Assembly: GCA_020536535.1 (NCBI GenBank)
Contig: JAHLWZ010000807.1
Coordinates: 66,586-130,585, forward strand
Direction of reading: 5' to 3'
DNA from: Pelomyxa schiedti
Lineage: Eukaryota > Protista > Evosea
DNA length: 64,000 nt
The position numbers and the translations under genes were made by a program. Within the stretch, counting starts at the first letter, position 1; every line of letters begins with the position of its first letter. The notes beneath the pieces are model-generated. The model did no database searches, was not told the DNA's origin, and saw nothing but the letters and a program-made list of their open reading frames with translations. Shown piece by piece: positions 51,531 through 63,928 of the stretch.

Positions 51531-52076
51531 CGGTTTTTTTTTATCTCTTGATTATGGGGAAAGGAAAGGAAGACAAGTTGTTGGAGGAGGGGAAAATGTT
51601 TTTTTATTTGTATTTCATTGGGCTTGGGGGGATTTGTTTTTGTGGTTGTGCACTCCAACCTGAGGAAGAGAGACGTAAGCAGTCAGTTCAGTGTAGCCAA
51701 AGAGCAGAGTGAGTGTGTCACAGACAAAACAGCAGTCACAGGGCGCGAGTTATAATATTTAACTAGTACGCATTGTAATTAGTTTGGGTTTGTGTGTTTT
51801 TTGTTTCAGGCTCGGAGTATGTCTCGGTAGAAGCTTGTGTAGCCACGGCACGTAACAGAAGATAAACACAGAAAAAGAAGGCAAGGGAGCATGTAAAAAA
51901 AAGCAGAGGGCCCAAAGTGTGTGTGAGGAGCACCAAAAAAGAGAGAAGCCAAGCCGGGCTTAAAGGAGAGAAGGAGGGAGGATACTTGTTTTATTAAGTT
52001 TGGTGTACAATACAAACAGTAAAACAAGGCACGGGTAACATAAGGGAAAGGAGAACACATACCAACACTAAAAGTT

Positions 52077-52936
52077 TCATTGTCCTCCAACTTCATTTCC
52101 ATCAGAAGCGGGTGGTGCCGTTACATTGTCCGCAGAAGTAGCTGAAGTCTCCTCAGTCTTCGGAGCATCATCAACCTTGACATCTCCATGATCCCTATCG
52201 CGGTCACGATCACGGTCACGGTCGCGATCCCTGTCCCTATCTCTTTCCCTTTCTCTATGGGAACTATGCGAGTCACGATGGGTGCTGTGGGAACTATGAT
52301 GCCTGTCGCGATCCCTTGAGTGAGATTTTGAGCGCTCACGAGAGCGGTCGCGGGAACGATCACGGGAGTGATGATGATGGTGGTGATCACGTCTTGGAGA
52401 GCGGGAGTGAGATCTAGAGCGAGATGAGCGCCTTGGAGATGGAGACCTGCGTCCTCGGCTGTTGGGTTTAACGGAGTCAGAATCATTACGGAAATAACTA
52501 TTATTACTACACAATATTAGTGAACTATACAAACGACCTTTCAGGACAATCACGAGCCCAATGTCCCCAGGCGGAACAGTTGAAGCACTTTCCTTCCCCA
52601 GGTACACGAGAGCGTCCACCAGTGGAGAACTCCACAATTAAACGAGAACCATCAAGATCCTAGGAAATAGGTAAAAAACAGTGGAAATACTTCAATAATG
52701 AATATTGAGACCTTGCCGTCCATTCCGGAAATTGCGTCCTCAGCGTCACGAGGGTCGTCGTACTCCTTCGCGACGTAAAAAAATACAATAATTTGAGCAA
52801 AACTACATACCACAAAAGCGTATCCGAACTTAAGGTCACATCTCACGATTTTACCATAGTGCGAGAACTTGGACTCCAGATCCGATTGTCGCGTTCGTTG
52901 GTTTAGGTTACCAACGTATACTCGCGTGTTCGGCAT
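52077..52936 (-). CDS. SR splicing factor with RRM, CCHC zinc knuckle and RS/RD domain (SRSF7/RSZ-like)
   Basis: [23 protein letters not shown], knuckle [14 protein letters not shown] and an RS/RD dipeptide tail. Confidence 0.9.
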
Positions 52937-53130
52937 CACCGCTCGGCTCTTGGTTTTTGAAAAAAAAAAGGATCCAACTTAAAGCAAAAAAGCGGGTGAT
53001 GCAAAACAAAAAACGCAGTTGTTTACAAAATCGACGGTTCTATTCTAATACAACTGCGACTTTCTTTTCTAAGCAAAAAAAAAAAAGGGAAACGATTCCG
53101 TTTAAACACACTGTATGTAAGTGGCTGTTG

Positions 53131-54640
53131 TCACTGACGGACTAGTTTTATGGTTGCGCCGGGGCCGGCACGTTCTATTATGAGACTAGCCATCTGGATT
53201 TGTAATTAAGGCAATAGAAGATGTGAATTTGGTGTACCTCTGAGGCCTGTGGCGTCTCTATGTATTCTGGATAGTGACGATTTCCTACAAATCTGAGGTG
53301 GTTGTTGGCACTGGGGGCTATTGGTGGGGTTTTTTTTTTTTACTTGATTACTACGTGTCTCTCGTCGGAGATAGTAATTTGCTCGACTTCGCGATAGTTG
53401 AAGGTTTCTCGTACTTCAAAAGATTCCGGGTCCAGTCGGAAGAAGTTATCTAACCTGTTGTGACTAAATCCAAAGCAACGCCATCAAAAATACACACGAC
53501 AAACGGAATATTCTTTTTTGGTCTAGAAGGAGGGGAAAAAATCAGTAAAAGATACCAAATACTCAGGGTTGCTTACGTCTCCAATACCAGTTGGTCCTGA
53601 GGACAACAAAATCTACATCCAAAGGCGTTTTTTTCTCTTGCCTTTGTTTAAGAGCATCCTATTTTGATGAGGGTTTGTCATTGATTGCACACTTCACACC
53701 TCTCTTGTGGGATCCTCTTTTACTCCTCCAAATGCATGAGCTAATCCCCGTAGTAACCACTCAGCCCCATCAATCCATCTGTCAGTAAGGGTTGTGGGAA
53801 ATTCAGGAGGGTGGACCATTGGCGATGTGGAGAGAATTGAGGCTGGGGTGGGAGAAGTAGAGACAGAAGTACTGGTCGAGGTTGCGGACCCAGGGATGGG
53901 TATTGGGGCCGATGTTGCAGTGGTCGTAGCTGCTGCAGTGGAAGTTGTAGTGGCAGAAGCGCTTGGGGCTTCTACAGATGAAGTAGTAACTACTGTGGAT
54001 GTCTTAACTGGAGTAGCTGTAGAATAAATGGTGTGGTGTTATCAACTAAGTTTTTCCTTTTTACAATTTTATAGGTCACTATTCTTACTTGGTTTCTCAA
54101 CTGCAGGGGGTTTGGCAAGCATCTGTTTCAGCTTCCCAGAGGAAAAAAGTGTATTCAACTCAGAAACAGTGCCGACCTTTTGACCGAAAATCTTTGACAA
54201 ACGTGAGTAAAAAAGAAGAGGGACCTGTAACTGCGTACATAAATTTGTGGGAAAACCACACTTCCGCCGTTCTGATTAAGAAGAAACAAGAACAATGGTT
54301 GGTCAAGTGCACAGTCGTATATCTTAACGTCCTTTTTGGTCACTCCACAATCCGATAATATTCCGATGACTGAGAGTAAAAAGTCAGGGAGTGCAAAACA
54401 CGCAGTTGTATTTACTTTCTTCATTTAATTTAAATTGTAAGGTTTTTCTTCTTGCTTGTCCACTAGTTGGTTTTTACTTTCGTTAGTGTCTTCGTACTGC
54501 CGCTGCGCGCCGTAGTCACGATTTACGTAAACCGCGATTCTGGGAGTTCTGGCAGTTGTTGCAGTTCCGTTGGTTGCCGTAGATTTGCTCATGCTTCCTC
54601 TTCTAGGGGGAGATCCGAATGCCGGTGTCTCCTGGTGCAT
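53131..54640 (-). CDS. Glutaredoxin-fold (no CxxC) + Thr/Pro linker + PH-like domain protein
   Basis: Grx-like motifs VFPQIY-IFGQKVG...ELNTLFSSGKLKQML. The C-terminal DFVVLRTNWYWRHQKRIFRL...FRLDPESFEVRETFNY resembles the RME-8 N-terminal PH-like fold. Confidence 0.6.
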
Positions 54641-55084
54641 CACACACCAATGATACTTTGGTTTTTTCTTTTTTTTTTTTTTTTTCTTTCCTTCCCTCTT
54701 CCACGTTTCGTAGTCAATCAGCGAAATGTCAAAGCACAAAGTGATCGGTTTCGTCCTGCCCGAGTGTTACCACTGAGGTACAGAACCTGAAATTTCCCCT
54801 GCCAAAGTACACTGTTGTTGGCACATTTTTCCGTAGACAACAGGTACAGGGGTCGTCCAGTTAACAAAAGATCCACAAGGAAGATTGGGAACCCAAGATG
54901 GAACGAAGCACACGTCAACTGTCAAGTGTAATTTTATTTCCTACCGAGTGTAAGTCTGTTTCACTTAACCGTGCTAAGTTCCCATGCCGCAGAAATTACC
55001 ACATTTCCCAAATCACAATTCCGTGTACTGTTTTCCAAACAAAACAACGCAACAACAAAAACCCCAAACGAGCCTCCAGGGCAA

Positions 55085-58000
55085 ATGTCATCATCCTCGT
55101 CACCCTCTTCCTCGTCGTCATCGTCCTCACAAGAACACCATCATCACACACGGCATACTGGTAAACACAGAAACCACGAGCACCACAGCCGTCACGATCA
55201 CAAACACAACGAAATAGCACCAGAGAACAACCGGGAGAACTCTTCTTCTAGAAGCAGGCACGAAAAGGACGAAGAGCAGGGGAGTAAAACCACCACAGAC
55301 ATCATGATTGCTGACGAACAGAGCGCTAAATCTGCTGACGGGAATGAGACTGAGAACCCATCTCAGTCTTCAGTCTCTGTGGAGGGGACTGAAAAGCTGC
55401 CGTGGAGTATGAGACTGAAGAAGTTTTTCTATGGGGTTTTCAGAGAGGCCCTGTTGGCAAAGCTTCTGGCTGCCCTGCTTGCCAAATTGGGCAGATTCAA
55501 TTCCAGGCACCCTTTTTTGGTGATTGGAATAGGTTCCACTATCGCTATAGGGCTTGCCTTTGGATTATTTGCCGCTGAGGTAGAAAGCAGGCCTGTGGCT
55601 CTATGGGTTCCGGCTCACATCAGGAGCAATGAGGAAAGAAAGTTCTATGATAAAACATTCAGCCCATTTTTCCGCATTGAGCAGATTATTACTACTGCCC
55701 CTGCGGAGGGTGATAATGCCCTAGAGACGGACACACTACTGGAAATGCTCGAGCTAGAAAACCTCGTTTATAATATAAGTGTAATGCACCAGGGCAGAAG
55801 TTACACACTGAATGACATATGCTATCGGCCTACTTCTTTTGCCCCATGTGTGGCCCAGACAGTGCTGGACTATTGGTATGATAAGCCAACACAGAAGCAC
55901 AGTGCTCAGAAAATTGAAGATGATACCGACCTGTTTTACACCGTGGCCCACGCTGCAAAGACTCCGCTTGGGAACCCAATAATGAGAGACAATGTTGTGT
56001 CACCGATTCTTAATGATATCAACCCCACATTAAAACCTTGCTTTCTGACAACTTACCTGGTGCGGAACACTGATGAGCTAAGGGGGGCAGCGGAAACCTG
56101 GGAGAGGGAGTGGCTGAAAGTGTTGGAAGCGAAACAACCACTACTGAACCGATCAAGCATCTGGTATGCCGCAGAGGTGCGAATATCCCCACTTTATCAT
56201 CCAAATATCCCATAGAAATATAAAGAAATTGATTCCCAAATAACGGAGTAAATCACTGAGTTCATGGAGAAAAGGTTTCAATTCAAGACGAACTGAAAAA
56301 AGAGATCTCTGCCGATTCATATGTCATTGCATCTAGCTATATAATTATGTTTATTTACGTTGGGATCACGCTTGGCAAATTGAATCCAGTTCACTCCAAA
56401 TTCATAATTGGATTTGCAGGAGTCTTTATAATCGTTATAGCAATTGTTTCAGCGTTTGGTTTTTCGTCTCTCATCAGCATACCTTTTTCTCCAATAAGGT
56501 TTGAATGAACTTTCATCGTAATGTTTGTTTGACCTGTTAATGCAGTGCCCAAGTTGTACCTTTTCTTGTACTAGCTACAGGAATTGATGACATGTTCATA
56601 ATTGTGAATGGCTATCATGAACTGGAGGAAAATGAGCGGGCTGCAGAAGAAGGTACTATTTAGCATAATTAATATTTGAAATTAATTGCCTTTCAAGGGG
56701 AGAATGAAAGTGAAGAGGAAAAAGCCGAAAGGGCGAGAAAAGAAAGGAAACGACTCAAATCAATGTCCTCAAAAGAGTTGTGGGCAGTTGTGGAAGAGAA
56801 AATGGGAAGAACTCTTGCCCATATTGGTCCCAGCCTCACATTATCACAAGGCTCCAATTTTATTGGAATGATGGTTGGCAGGTTTGTAAATATCCAAAAC
56901 CTTCAATGATAACAAGGCTAGTGTTACAGGAATGCCCGCCATGAATATGTTTTGCTGGCAAGCTGGCTTTGCCGTCATTATGGTACTATTTCTTGAGTTG
57001 ACTGTATTCTGTAGTTTTGTAGCTCTGGACGCTTTCAGAGAGTTGGTTGATACCCTTTATCCTCTATCCTTCATGACAGTATTCAGTCTTACCGTGTGGA
57101 CCTTTTGTGCTGCATCAAACTTGACCCTGAAAAATATGAAAGCAAGAGTGTGGCTTGTGATTGCAAGTGCAAAAAATGGCTGCAAATGGGAATAGTTCGC
57201 AAGTTTATCTCGGACTACTTGACACCTTTTATCCTTCATAAATATTTCCGCTGGGGAGTTGTAAGTAAACCTCGTTCCTCGTAGTTTTGGCCTTTGAACC
57301 TTTTTATCAGATTGGAGTCTTTTTAGCTTTATTTGGTGTAAGCATCTGGGGTACTACGACAGCTGAAATGGGCCTTGGCGTGAACGACGTCATGCCTAGG
57401 GGCTCCTATGTTGTCCCTTTCAATGACCATCGTGAGGATTACTTTGGACACCTCGGTTGATATTCCGAGTATTGGCATTTTGTGACCGTTTCTAGGTCCC
57501 CCTGTGTATCTTGTTTTTGGAGAGCATGCCTACGAAACAAACGAAATTCAAGATGAAATAACTTCCTTGGAGGATAGTCTTGCTGCCAGTGAATATACGC
57601 AAGATAAAATACTTTCTTGGTTAGATGACTACATGTATGTAATGCTAACTTGTTACCTTGAATAATGTGCATCAAGAGTCTGGTGCGTATCCATGCACGG
57701 GAAAAACATGACTATTGACCCCATTAACCCCACTAAACGGCGTATACCTCCTGCCGATTTTCTGCCTTGGCTTCATGACTTTCTCAGTGATAATGTGACC
57801 ACAATGTCGCCCCTTGGTCTTAATATCCTTCTTTCTCCTTCATATCTTAGTAACAGTTAAAATAGGTCCTTCTCATAAAGAGGATATTACATTCGACCCA
57901 GTAACTGGGAATATTACTGCCAGTAGGGTTTTTGGTTACTACATTGGTCTAACAAGTTCCCAAAGTAATCTCCAGGTTGTAATTCTCTTTACCAAAATCA

Positions 58001-58897
58001 CTACAGTGTATGTCGATGCGATGAATGAAGTTAGGGATAGAACGGATCCATCTCCTCTTCACCCTGATAAAGTTGGGAAGCCCCTATTTCCGTATTCTGT
58101 TTACTATGTATTCTTTGAGCAGTACAACATTCTGTGGTTTGAACTACTTCAAAATTTCTTGATTACCCTTGGTGTGACTGCTGGTTGATCCCCTTCGCCA
58201 TTTAGTCATCGTAATTACAGTTATCATTTTTGTTGTTTGCCTTCTTCTACTTGGCTCATGGATTGGAACTACCATTGTCATAGTTTTGCTTATTCTCGAA
58301 CAGGTTGATATTCTAGGTCTAGGTGAGCTACCAAATCTTTACACCCTGAACCTAACTGTGATATTTTCCAGCCACTTTATGGGGAATAAATATGAATCCC
58401 GTAGTTGTGTGCAATATGGTATGCGGAAAGTCAACTCAAATTAATAAAAAGGCTAATCCTAAAAAATCCAGTGCATGGTCACAGGTATATGTGTGGAATT
58501 TACCCCACACATTGTATGGGCAGCCGGAACCCGAGAACTGAAAGGCAAATCCGCCAAAGAGAAGACCAGATATGCACTCAGGGAAATGGGTCCCAATGTC
58601 ACACAAGGAGCCTTTTCCACACTGCTTGGAATCATTGTTCTGAGCTTTGCTAAATACGAACTGTTCCGGTATGAATACTCTACCAATAATTCTTTTCACT
58701 GACAATATTTTTACTTCAGAACACTCTTTTTCCGCTTGTACCTTCTGTCTCTCGGAATTGCTTTTCTTCACGCCGTCGTTTTACTGCCAGTTGTAATGTC
58801 TATATTCTTACGGTCTCCAAAGACCTGGTGCAAAAGTGGTTCTGAAAAAAATGATGCAGTTATGGTAGAACTGGAGACCAAACCCTCTTCACAATGA
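55085..58897 (+). CDS. NPC1/Patched-like sterol-sensing RND transporter lacking the N-terminal sterol-binding domain
   Basis: ESRPVALWVP...FYDKTFSPFFRIEQII, CYRP...CVAQTVLDYW, SSD motif VVPFLVLATGIDDMFII, GPSLTLS, MPAMNMF, FPYSVYYVFFEQY and GICVEFTPHI. Confidence 0.88.
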
Positions 58898-58979
58898 CAC
58901 AAAAACCAAGAAGTAATAGTAACAATAAAAAAAGTTTTGTGTAATACTTTGGATTGAAATGCAAGGAGGTTTTAAAAGG

Positions 58980-61362
58980 TTAAGGGTTACTACTTCCAGT
59001 TTTACAGACGAGAGCAAGAACTTCCGCAACAGTTTCCATTATGCTGCTGTTTTTTATTGCTGTTGGGAATTGTTCAAGGAGTGCAGCCAGAACATCAGAA
59101 CCCTCTTTGACCAACAAAGGGTGTTCACTTCGGGCAAGGAACAGTGCACTGTCAATTGCACCACCTCCCACATTGACAAGGTTGTCAATAAGTTCGGCGT
59201 GGACTGTTCCTGGTTGCATTAGAACGCCCAGAATCTTCACCATAATGCGGCAGGATTCGAACTGAACCCTGATGTCACGTGGCTTTTTGCTTGTTGCGGG
59301 GGTGCTGGTTGTGGATTCCGCTCTAGGTGAAGATGTAGAGGAAGATGTGGTTGTGGATGTGGATGTAGTTGTGGATGTAGCTGTTGTTGCCTCGTCTTCT
59401 GGTTTGTTGTCTTCCTGTTCCGGCTCTACAATACCACGCTCGCCTCTGGTAAGAGTTGTGAGGGACTGTAGAAATGCAGCTTGACACAACTCCAGAGATA
59501 CTACTAAGCTAATGGAGGGATCAGACAGCAGCATACGTAGAACTCCGATGGCGTTAAAAAGAACAACGGGGTTTGATCCTTGCTCCACAACAGCACATAT
59601 AGCCGGAACTATGTTCTTGTTTGCAGTTGACGAGTCGGTGGTGGGTGGGCACAAAGTTGTGCGGCATGCTGGCACGGTTAAGATATTGTGGACTATATGC
59701 AAGACACGAAGTTGAAGAGGCTGGTTGGTTACATGATTGAGCAAAATATCAATAATTGCTTCCCAAGCTCGGCCTTGTATTATTTTTGTGCAATATGTAT
59801 TATCTTCACAAGCCGAGAGGGCGTGAAGAACAGTCGCACAGTGCGTAGGAATTTCGCGGTCAGCTACATGTAACGCATCACATAGTAACTGCCCCACCTC
59901 CTCAAGCCTTGAGGCGAATTGCGCACAGACAACGGAGTTCTCTACAGCAGTTGTATAGGCCTTAAATAGTGCGGCATCCATCCTTGTTGCACGGGGGGGA
60001 AGTGGTGCTCTGCCGGCTTTAGGTGGAGGGGGTGGAGGGAAGCTCCACTGGCGCTTCGCCATAGCACCACCTATTAGTGCTTGGGAATGCACTAATGCTG
60101 CACCAACACCACCAGCAAATGCACTTCGCAACAGCCTATCATCAGCGATTTTTGCTAGAAGCTCAGCTGCCAAAACAAACGGTGACATCTCGTCATCGAA
60201 AGGTAGCCATGTGCATGGCTCACCATCATCGTTTTCACCTGCTGGTTGTTCTCCTTCATCTATCGCACGTGTTGAAACATCTGGTGAAGTATAGACAACT
60301 TCACTGAGTAACTCGATACCACCTGCCTCTTTGAGTGCCACCCGTGCATCATGAGAGGTGCATAACTGTGTGAGTAATTCCATTACTTCTTTTCGAGCAT
60401 CAATGGTGGACTTGGAGGCCGGGGAGAGAGATTTCAGTAACGGCGGAATAGCCCCAAGTTGAATAGTTTGAGAGGAACAGTCAGTGTGGTCAGCCAGATT
60501 GAACAGTGCGTGAGCTGCCATAGCCGAGACGGTTAGGTCGTCAGAACTTAATAGATGTATGAGAGCTGGGATGACTCCACATGTTGCTGTGATGAGTAAG
60601 AAGTTGTGATAAAATGGGTTTGACAAACCAAGGGCAGATTGTAGTGTACTAGAAGTGGACCCCATGTTAGCTACACAACACGCAACTGTACGCTGCAATT
60701 GCCTATCTTCCACCAAAAGTAACTCAGGAAGCCAAAAGTAGAGTGTTGGAGGAGCATTTGGGCTCGCTTGTGCCACGGTACTTGTGAAAGTTACAGTTGG
60801 AATAGGCGACTCCCCGAATATAGCACTTGCGCCATGGAGGATTTGTTGCCGGTTATCTTCATTGTCAAAGCACAAGTTGGTTAGGCCACGAGCCACTTGT
60901 AACTGTGCAGCTCTCACCACAGTGAGGTCCTGTGGGTGCAGTCGATGATATTCCATTACTCTCACCAACAATTTAGCAAGTTTGATCATAGCTCCGTGCT
61001 TTCCCAGAGGGTCTCTAGGTCCATCTTGTCTGTTAAAAAAAACCCTATTAAAAAAGGACCTCCGGAACTCAGCACAACAACGTCATAGGATACTTCTTTA
61101 CACCATGATAATAATATAATAATTTTAATTAATAATGAAAAAGGGAAAAAAACAACCTACAAATGTCAGCAACAAGTTTGGCGGCCATCTTGGGCGCCTC
61201 GAACAAGGGACCGTCCAGAGCGCCGAGGATTTCATCGCAATTATGGGCCAGCTCGTCACGCGCCAGCGCCGCATCACATTCTTCGTCACACGCAGCCGCT
61301 ATAAGCGACGCCAATTGTTCCAATCGCGAGAACGTCGGAGTACAAGCTGCAGCCGACGACAT
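58980..61362 (-). CDS. Armadillo-repeat protein, SmgGDS/RAP1GDS1 (darlin)-like
   Basis: ARM repeats with RGLTNLCFDNEDNRQQI, GVIPALIHLL, RVQFESCRI and SEHPLLVKEG, as in SmgGDS-family proteins. Confidence 0.7.
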
Positions 61363-62390
61363 AACGAAGGTCGCGTCGAGATACCTTTCGTAGAAACGCA
61401 AAAAAAAAAACAAAAAGCCGGTTGTCACAACAGAGAATTCATCACACTTCCTTCTTCAGGGCCTCCGCACAGTCGGGGCTGTTGTCCAAGTTACCTGATG
61501 CTTGTTTAGAAAATCCCAGATAAACAAGTGCTTGTTTTACTTCACAATTTTTGATTGGCAGGGGCATTTTTTGTGTTGCCATCAGAGGTGCAAGTGCTTT
61601 TTGCCCATGGTATTGGCAAGGTGCAGCTAGACACCAGAGGCTTCTTATCTGATAATGCCATATCTCCAAGACATCAGAGATGGGACTGGCTTGTGGCAGA
61701 CACTGGTGGCTGCCAAAACTTCATAAAACCAGGGTACTTTTCTGCATCAAGGGGAGTCGCACCTGTGGAATGTAAGTCTGTAGCAAAGAAGCTGATTGAA
61801 GAAGAATAGACTCAGGTGCGAAGGTCGGGAACGTCTCTGTCTTGAGGAAGCAGAATAGACTGTTGCGGCATTTGCATTTGCAATTGCAATTGCATCGCGG
61901 GTGCCAACAAAGCTCCTTGGCTTTGTACCACGCCGAGAGGCACGCCAGACGAAGCGTCGGTGCGGCAGCACGTAGGGACGGCTCCTAACAGCGGAAAAGA
62001 AATTGGTTGTGGGGGAGGTAGTGCCGGAGTTTCGCACTCGAAGTTTGACAACACGGAGGTAGTAGGCACGGGGGAGACGCCTTTGGCAGCAGTACCAGTA
62101 ACAGCACATAGAGCCTGTCTGCTTAGATCTTGGTGGAGATCTGTGTGCGACGACGCGGAGGATGTAGGCGCCGTGCGGTGGCTATTATTTCCATAGCCTT
62201 GGTTTCCCTCTCTGTACTTTTCTTGACGTCGTCGCTCTGGCTTCATTTGCATTGCGCTACGGCACTACCACAACACGAAGCTGTCGATTCCTACAATTTT
62301 TGCTCTTTTCCTGATACTGTTCCATTCAATTTATCAAAAGCACGGAAGATCTGCGTCTATTTTTACCCCGGGCAAGAGGAGGGGAGCACA

Positions 62391-62463
62391 ACAACAAATA
62401 AAAAGGCAACCACACAACATGGAGCCGGCTCCATGTTGTGTGGGATGCTGACCCATTTGTTGT
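62391..62463. repeat. Inverted repeat with perfect 34-bp palindromic core (62410-62443)
   Basis: CCACACAACATGGAGCC|GGCTCCATGTTGTGTGG is a perfect palindrome, with an imperfect extension ACAACAAAT / ATTTGTTGT. Confidence 0.9.
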
Positions 62464-62470
62464 GGCTGTC

Positions 62471-62559
62471 GAGGATGTGGTGCAGTGGTATTACTATTGG
62501 CTACAGACGGTATCACTGGCGACCAGGGGTCGTGGGATCAACTCCCACAGACTACTCCA
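62471..62559 (+). ncRNA. tRNA-like Pol III cassette (anticodon ACA, 15-nt intron, poorly paired acceptor stem), copy 1
   Basis: A-box TGGTGCAGTGG, D stem GTG/TAC, anticodon stem TTGG/CCAG with loop CT-ACA-G^A, intron 62507-62521, GGTC variable loop, T stem GTGGG/CCCAC with 7-nt loop ATCAACT, then AGACTAC-T-CCA. Confidence 0.55.
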
Positions 62560-62561
62560 GC

Positions 62562-62568
62562 TTTTTTT
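62562..62568 (+). terminator. Putative Pol III oligo-dT terminator
   Basis: A T7 run lies 2 nt after the tRNA-like CCA end, and a second T run follows. Confidence 0.45.
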
Positions 62569-63199
62569 CTTTCATTTTTTTAAAAGAGAAAAAAATTACC
62601 CATTCAATTTTTATTAAAAGAGGAAAAAAATAAGAGATTTGATCAAATTGATGATGGCTCTGAGGCGCCTGAGAGTCCAAATTGCCTACAAACACTTCCA
62701 AAAGTGATTCCACCAATCCTGCCTACAGACCACTGCATGGGCATCGTTTTTGTGCTGTGGAATTGCTTCTTATATTCAAAAGCAATGTGTATTTTTTGGC
62801 GTCGGTCGCTATATGAGGCGTTTCGTGGCCACAGAAGAGTTTCTTTTGGTGGAGCTTGGTTGTATGTTGTAGTGTACTGGAAGTAGGAGAGTATTACAGA
62901 ATTGCAGGCCGGTGTGACACGAGGGTGCCGAGATAACGGGTAAAAGTGGGAAGTGATGGAAAAAGTACAATCATTACAACAAAAAACCCAGTCATCACAT
63001 TAGGAATTGGTTGAGAGAGGGTGCCAGTGATCCGATTTGATTGAGTGGTGCTGCTGCCACACTACTCTTCCCCTTTGTAACCAACCCCCACAACAAACCT
63101 CTTGGAGGCCAGAGCTCATGCTCAGTCATACATATATTATTATTTGAGCTGAGCCGGCTCCATGTTGTGTGGGATGCTGACCCATTTGTTGTGGCTGTC

Positions 63200-63288
63200 G
63201 AGGATGTGGTGCAGTGGTATTACTATTGGCTACAGACGGTATCACTGGCGACCAGGGGTCGTGGGATCAACTCCCACAGACTACTCCA
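63200..63288 (+). ncRNA. tRNA-like cassette, copy 2
   Basis: Identical to 62471-62559, offset by 729 bp. Confidence 0.55.
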
Positions 63289-63928
63289 GCTTTTTTTCTT
63301 TCATTTTTTTAAAAGAGAAAAAAATTACCCATTCAATTTTTATTAAAAGAGGAAAAAAATAAGAGATTTGATCAAATTGATGATGGCTCTGAGGCGCCTG
63401 AGAGTCCAAATTGCCTACAAACACTTCCAAAAGTGATTCCACCAATCCTGCCTACAGACCACTGCATGGGCATCGTTTTTGTGCTGTGGAATTGCTTCTT
63501 ATATTCAAAAGCAATGTGTATTTTTTGGCGTCGGTCGCTATATGAGGCGTTTCGTGGCCACAGAAGAGTTTCTTTTGGTGGAGCTTGGTTGTATGTTGTA
63601 GTGTACTGGAAGTAGGAGAGTATTACAGAATTGCAGGCCGGTGTGACACGAGGGTGCCGAGATAACGGGTAAAAGTGGGAAGTGATGGAAAAAGTACAAT
63701 CATTACAACAAAAAACCCAGTCATCACATTAGGAATTGGTTGAGAGAGGGTGCCAGTGATCCGATTTGATTGAGTGGTGCTGCTGCCACACTACTCTTCC
63801 CCTTTGTAACCAACCCCCACAACAAACCTCTTGGAGGCCAGAGCTCATGCTCAGTCATACATATATTATTATTTGAGCTGAGCCGGCTCCATGTTGTGTG
63901 GGATGCTGACCCATTTGTTGTGGCTGTC

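Noticed and set aside
57825-57856. ATATCCTTC as a possible AT-AC intron donor in the NPC1-like gene
   Set aside because: AT-AC splicing leads straight to a stop, whereas a normal GT-AG intron restores the frame.
61442-62252. Low-complexity minus-strand ORF(s) next to the array
   Set aside because: No homology was recognised and the downstream frames are interrupted, so this is possibly a decayed gene.
62419-62583. Cys-rich peptide MEPAPCCVGC*PICCGCRGCG with in-frame TGA (selenoprotein or metallothionein idea)
   Set aside because: The ATG exists only because of the junction palindrome and is absent from the other units. The frame overlaps the tRNA-like cassette and no SECIS was seen.
62889-62897. 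GAGTATTAC resembling a CRESS-virus nonanucleotide origin
   Set aside because: It is not flanked by a stem, and the unit encodes no Rep.
62704-63615. 60-101 aa ORFs inside the 729-bp unit
   Set aside because: They are short, often have non-ATG starts, cross poly-T/A tracts and show no motif.
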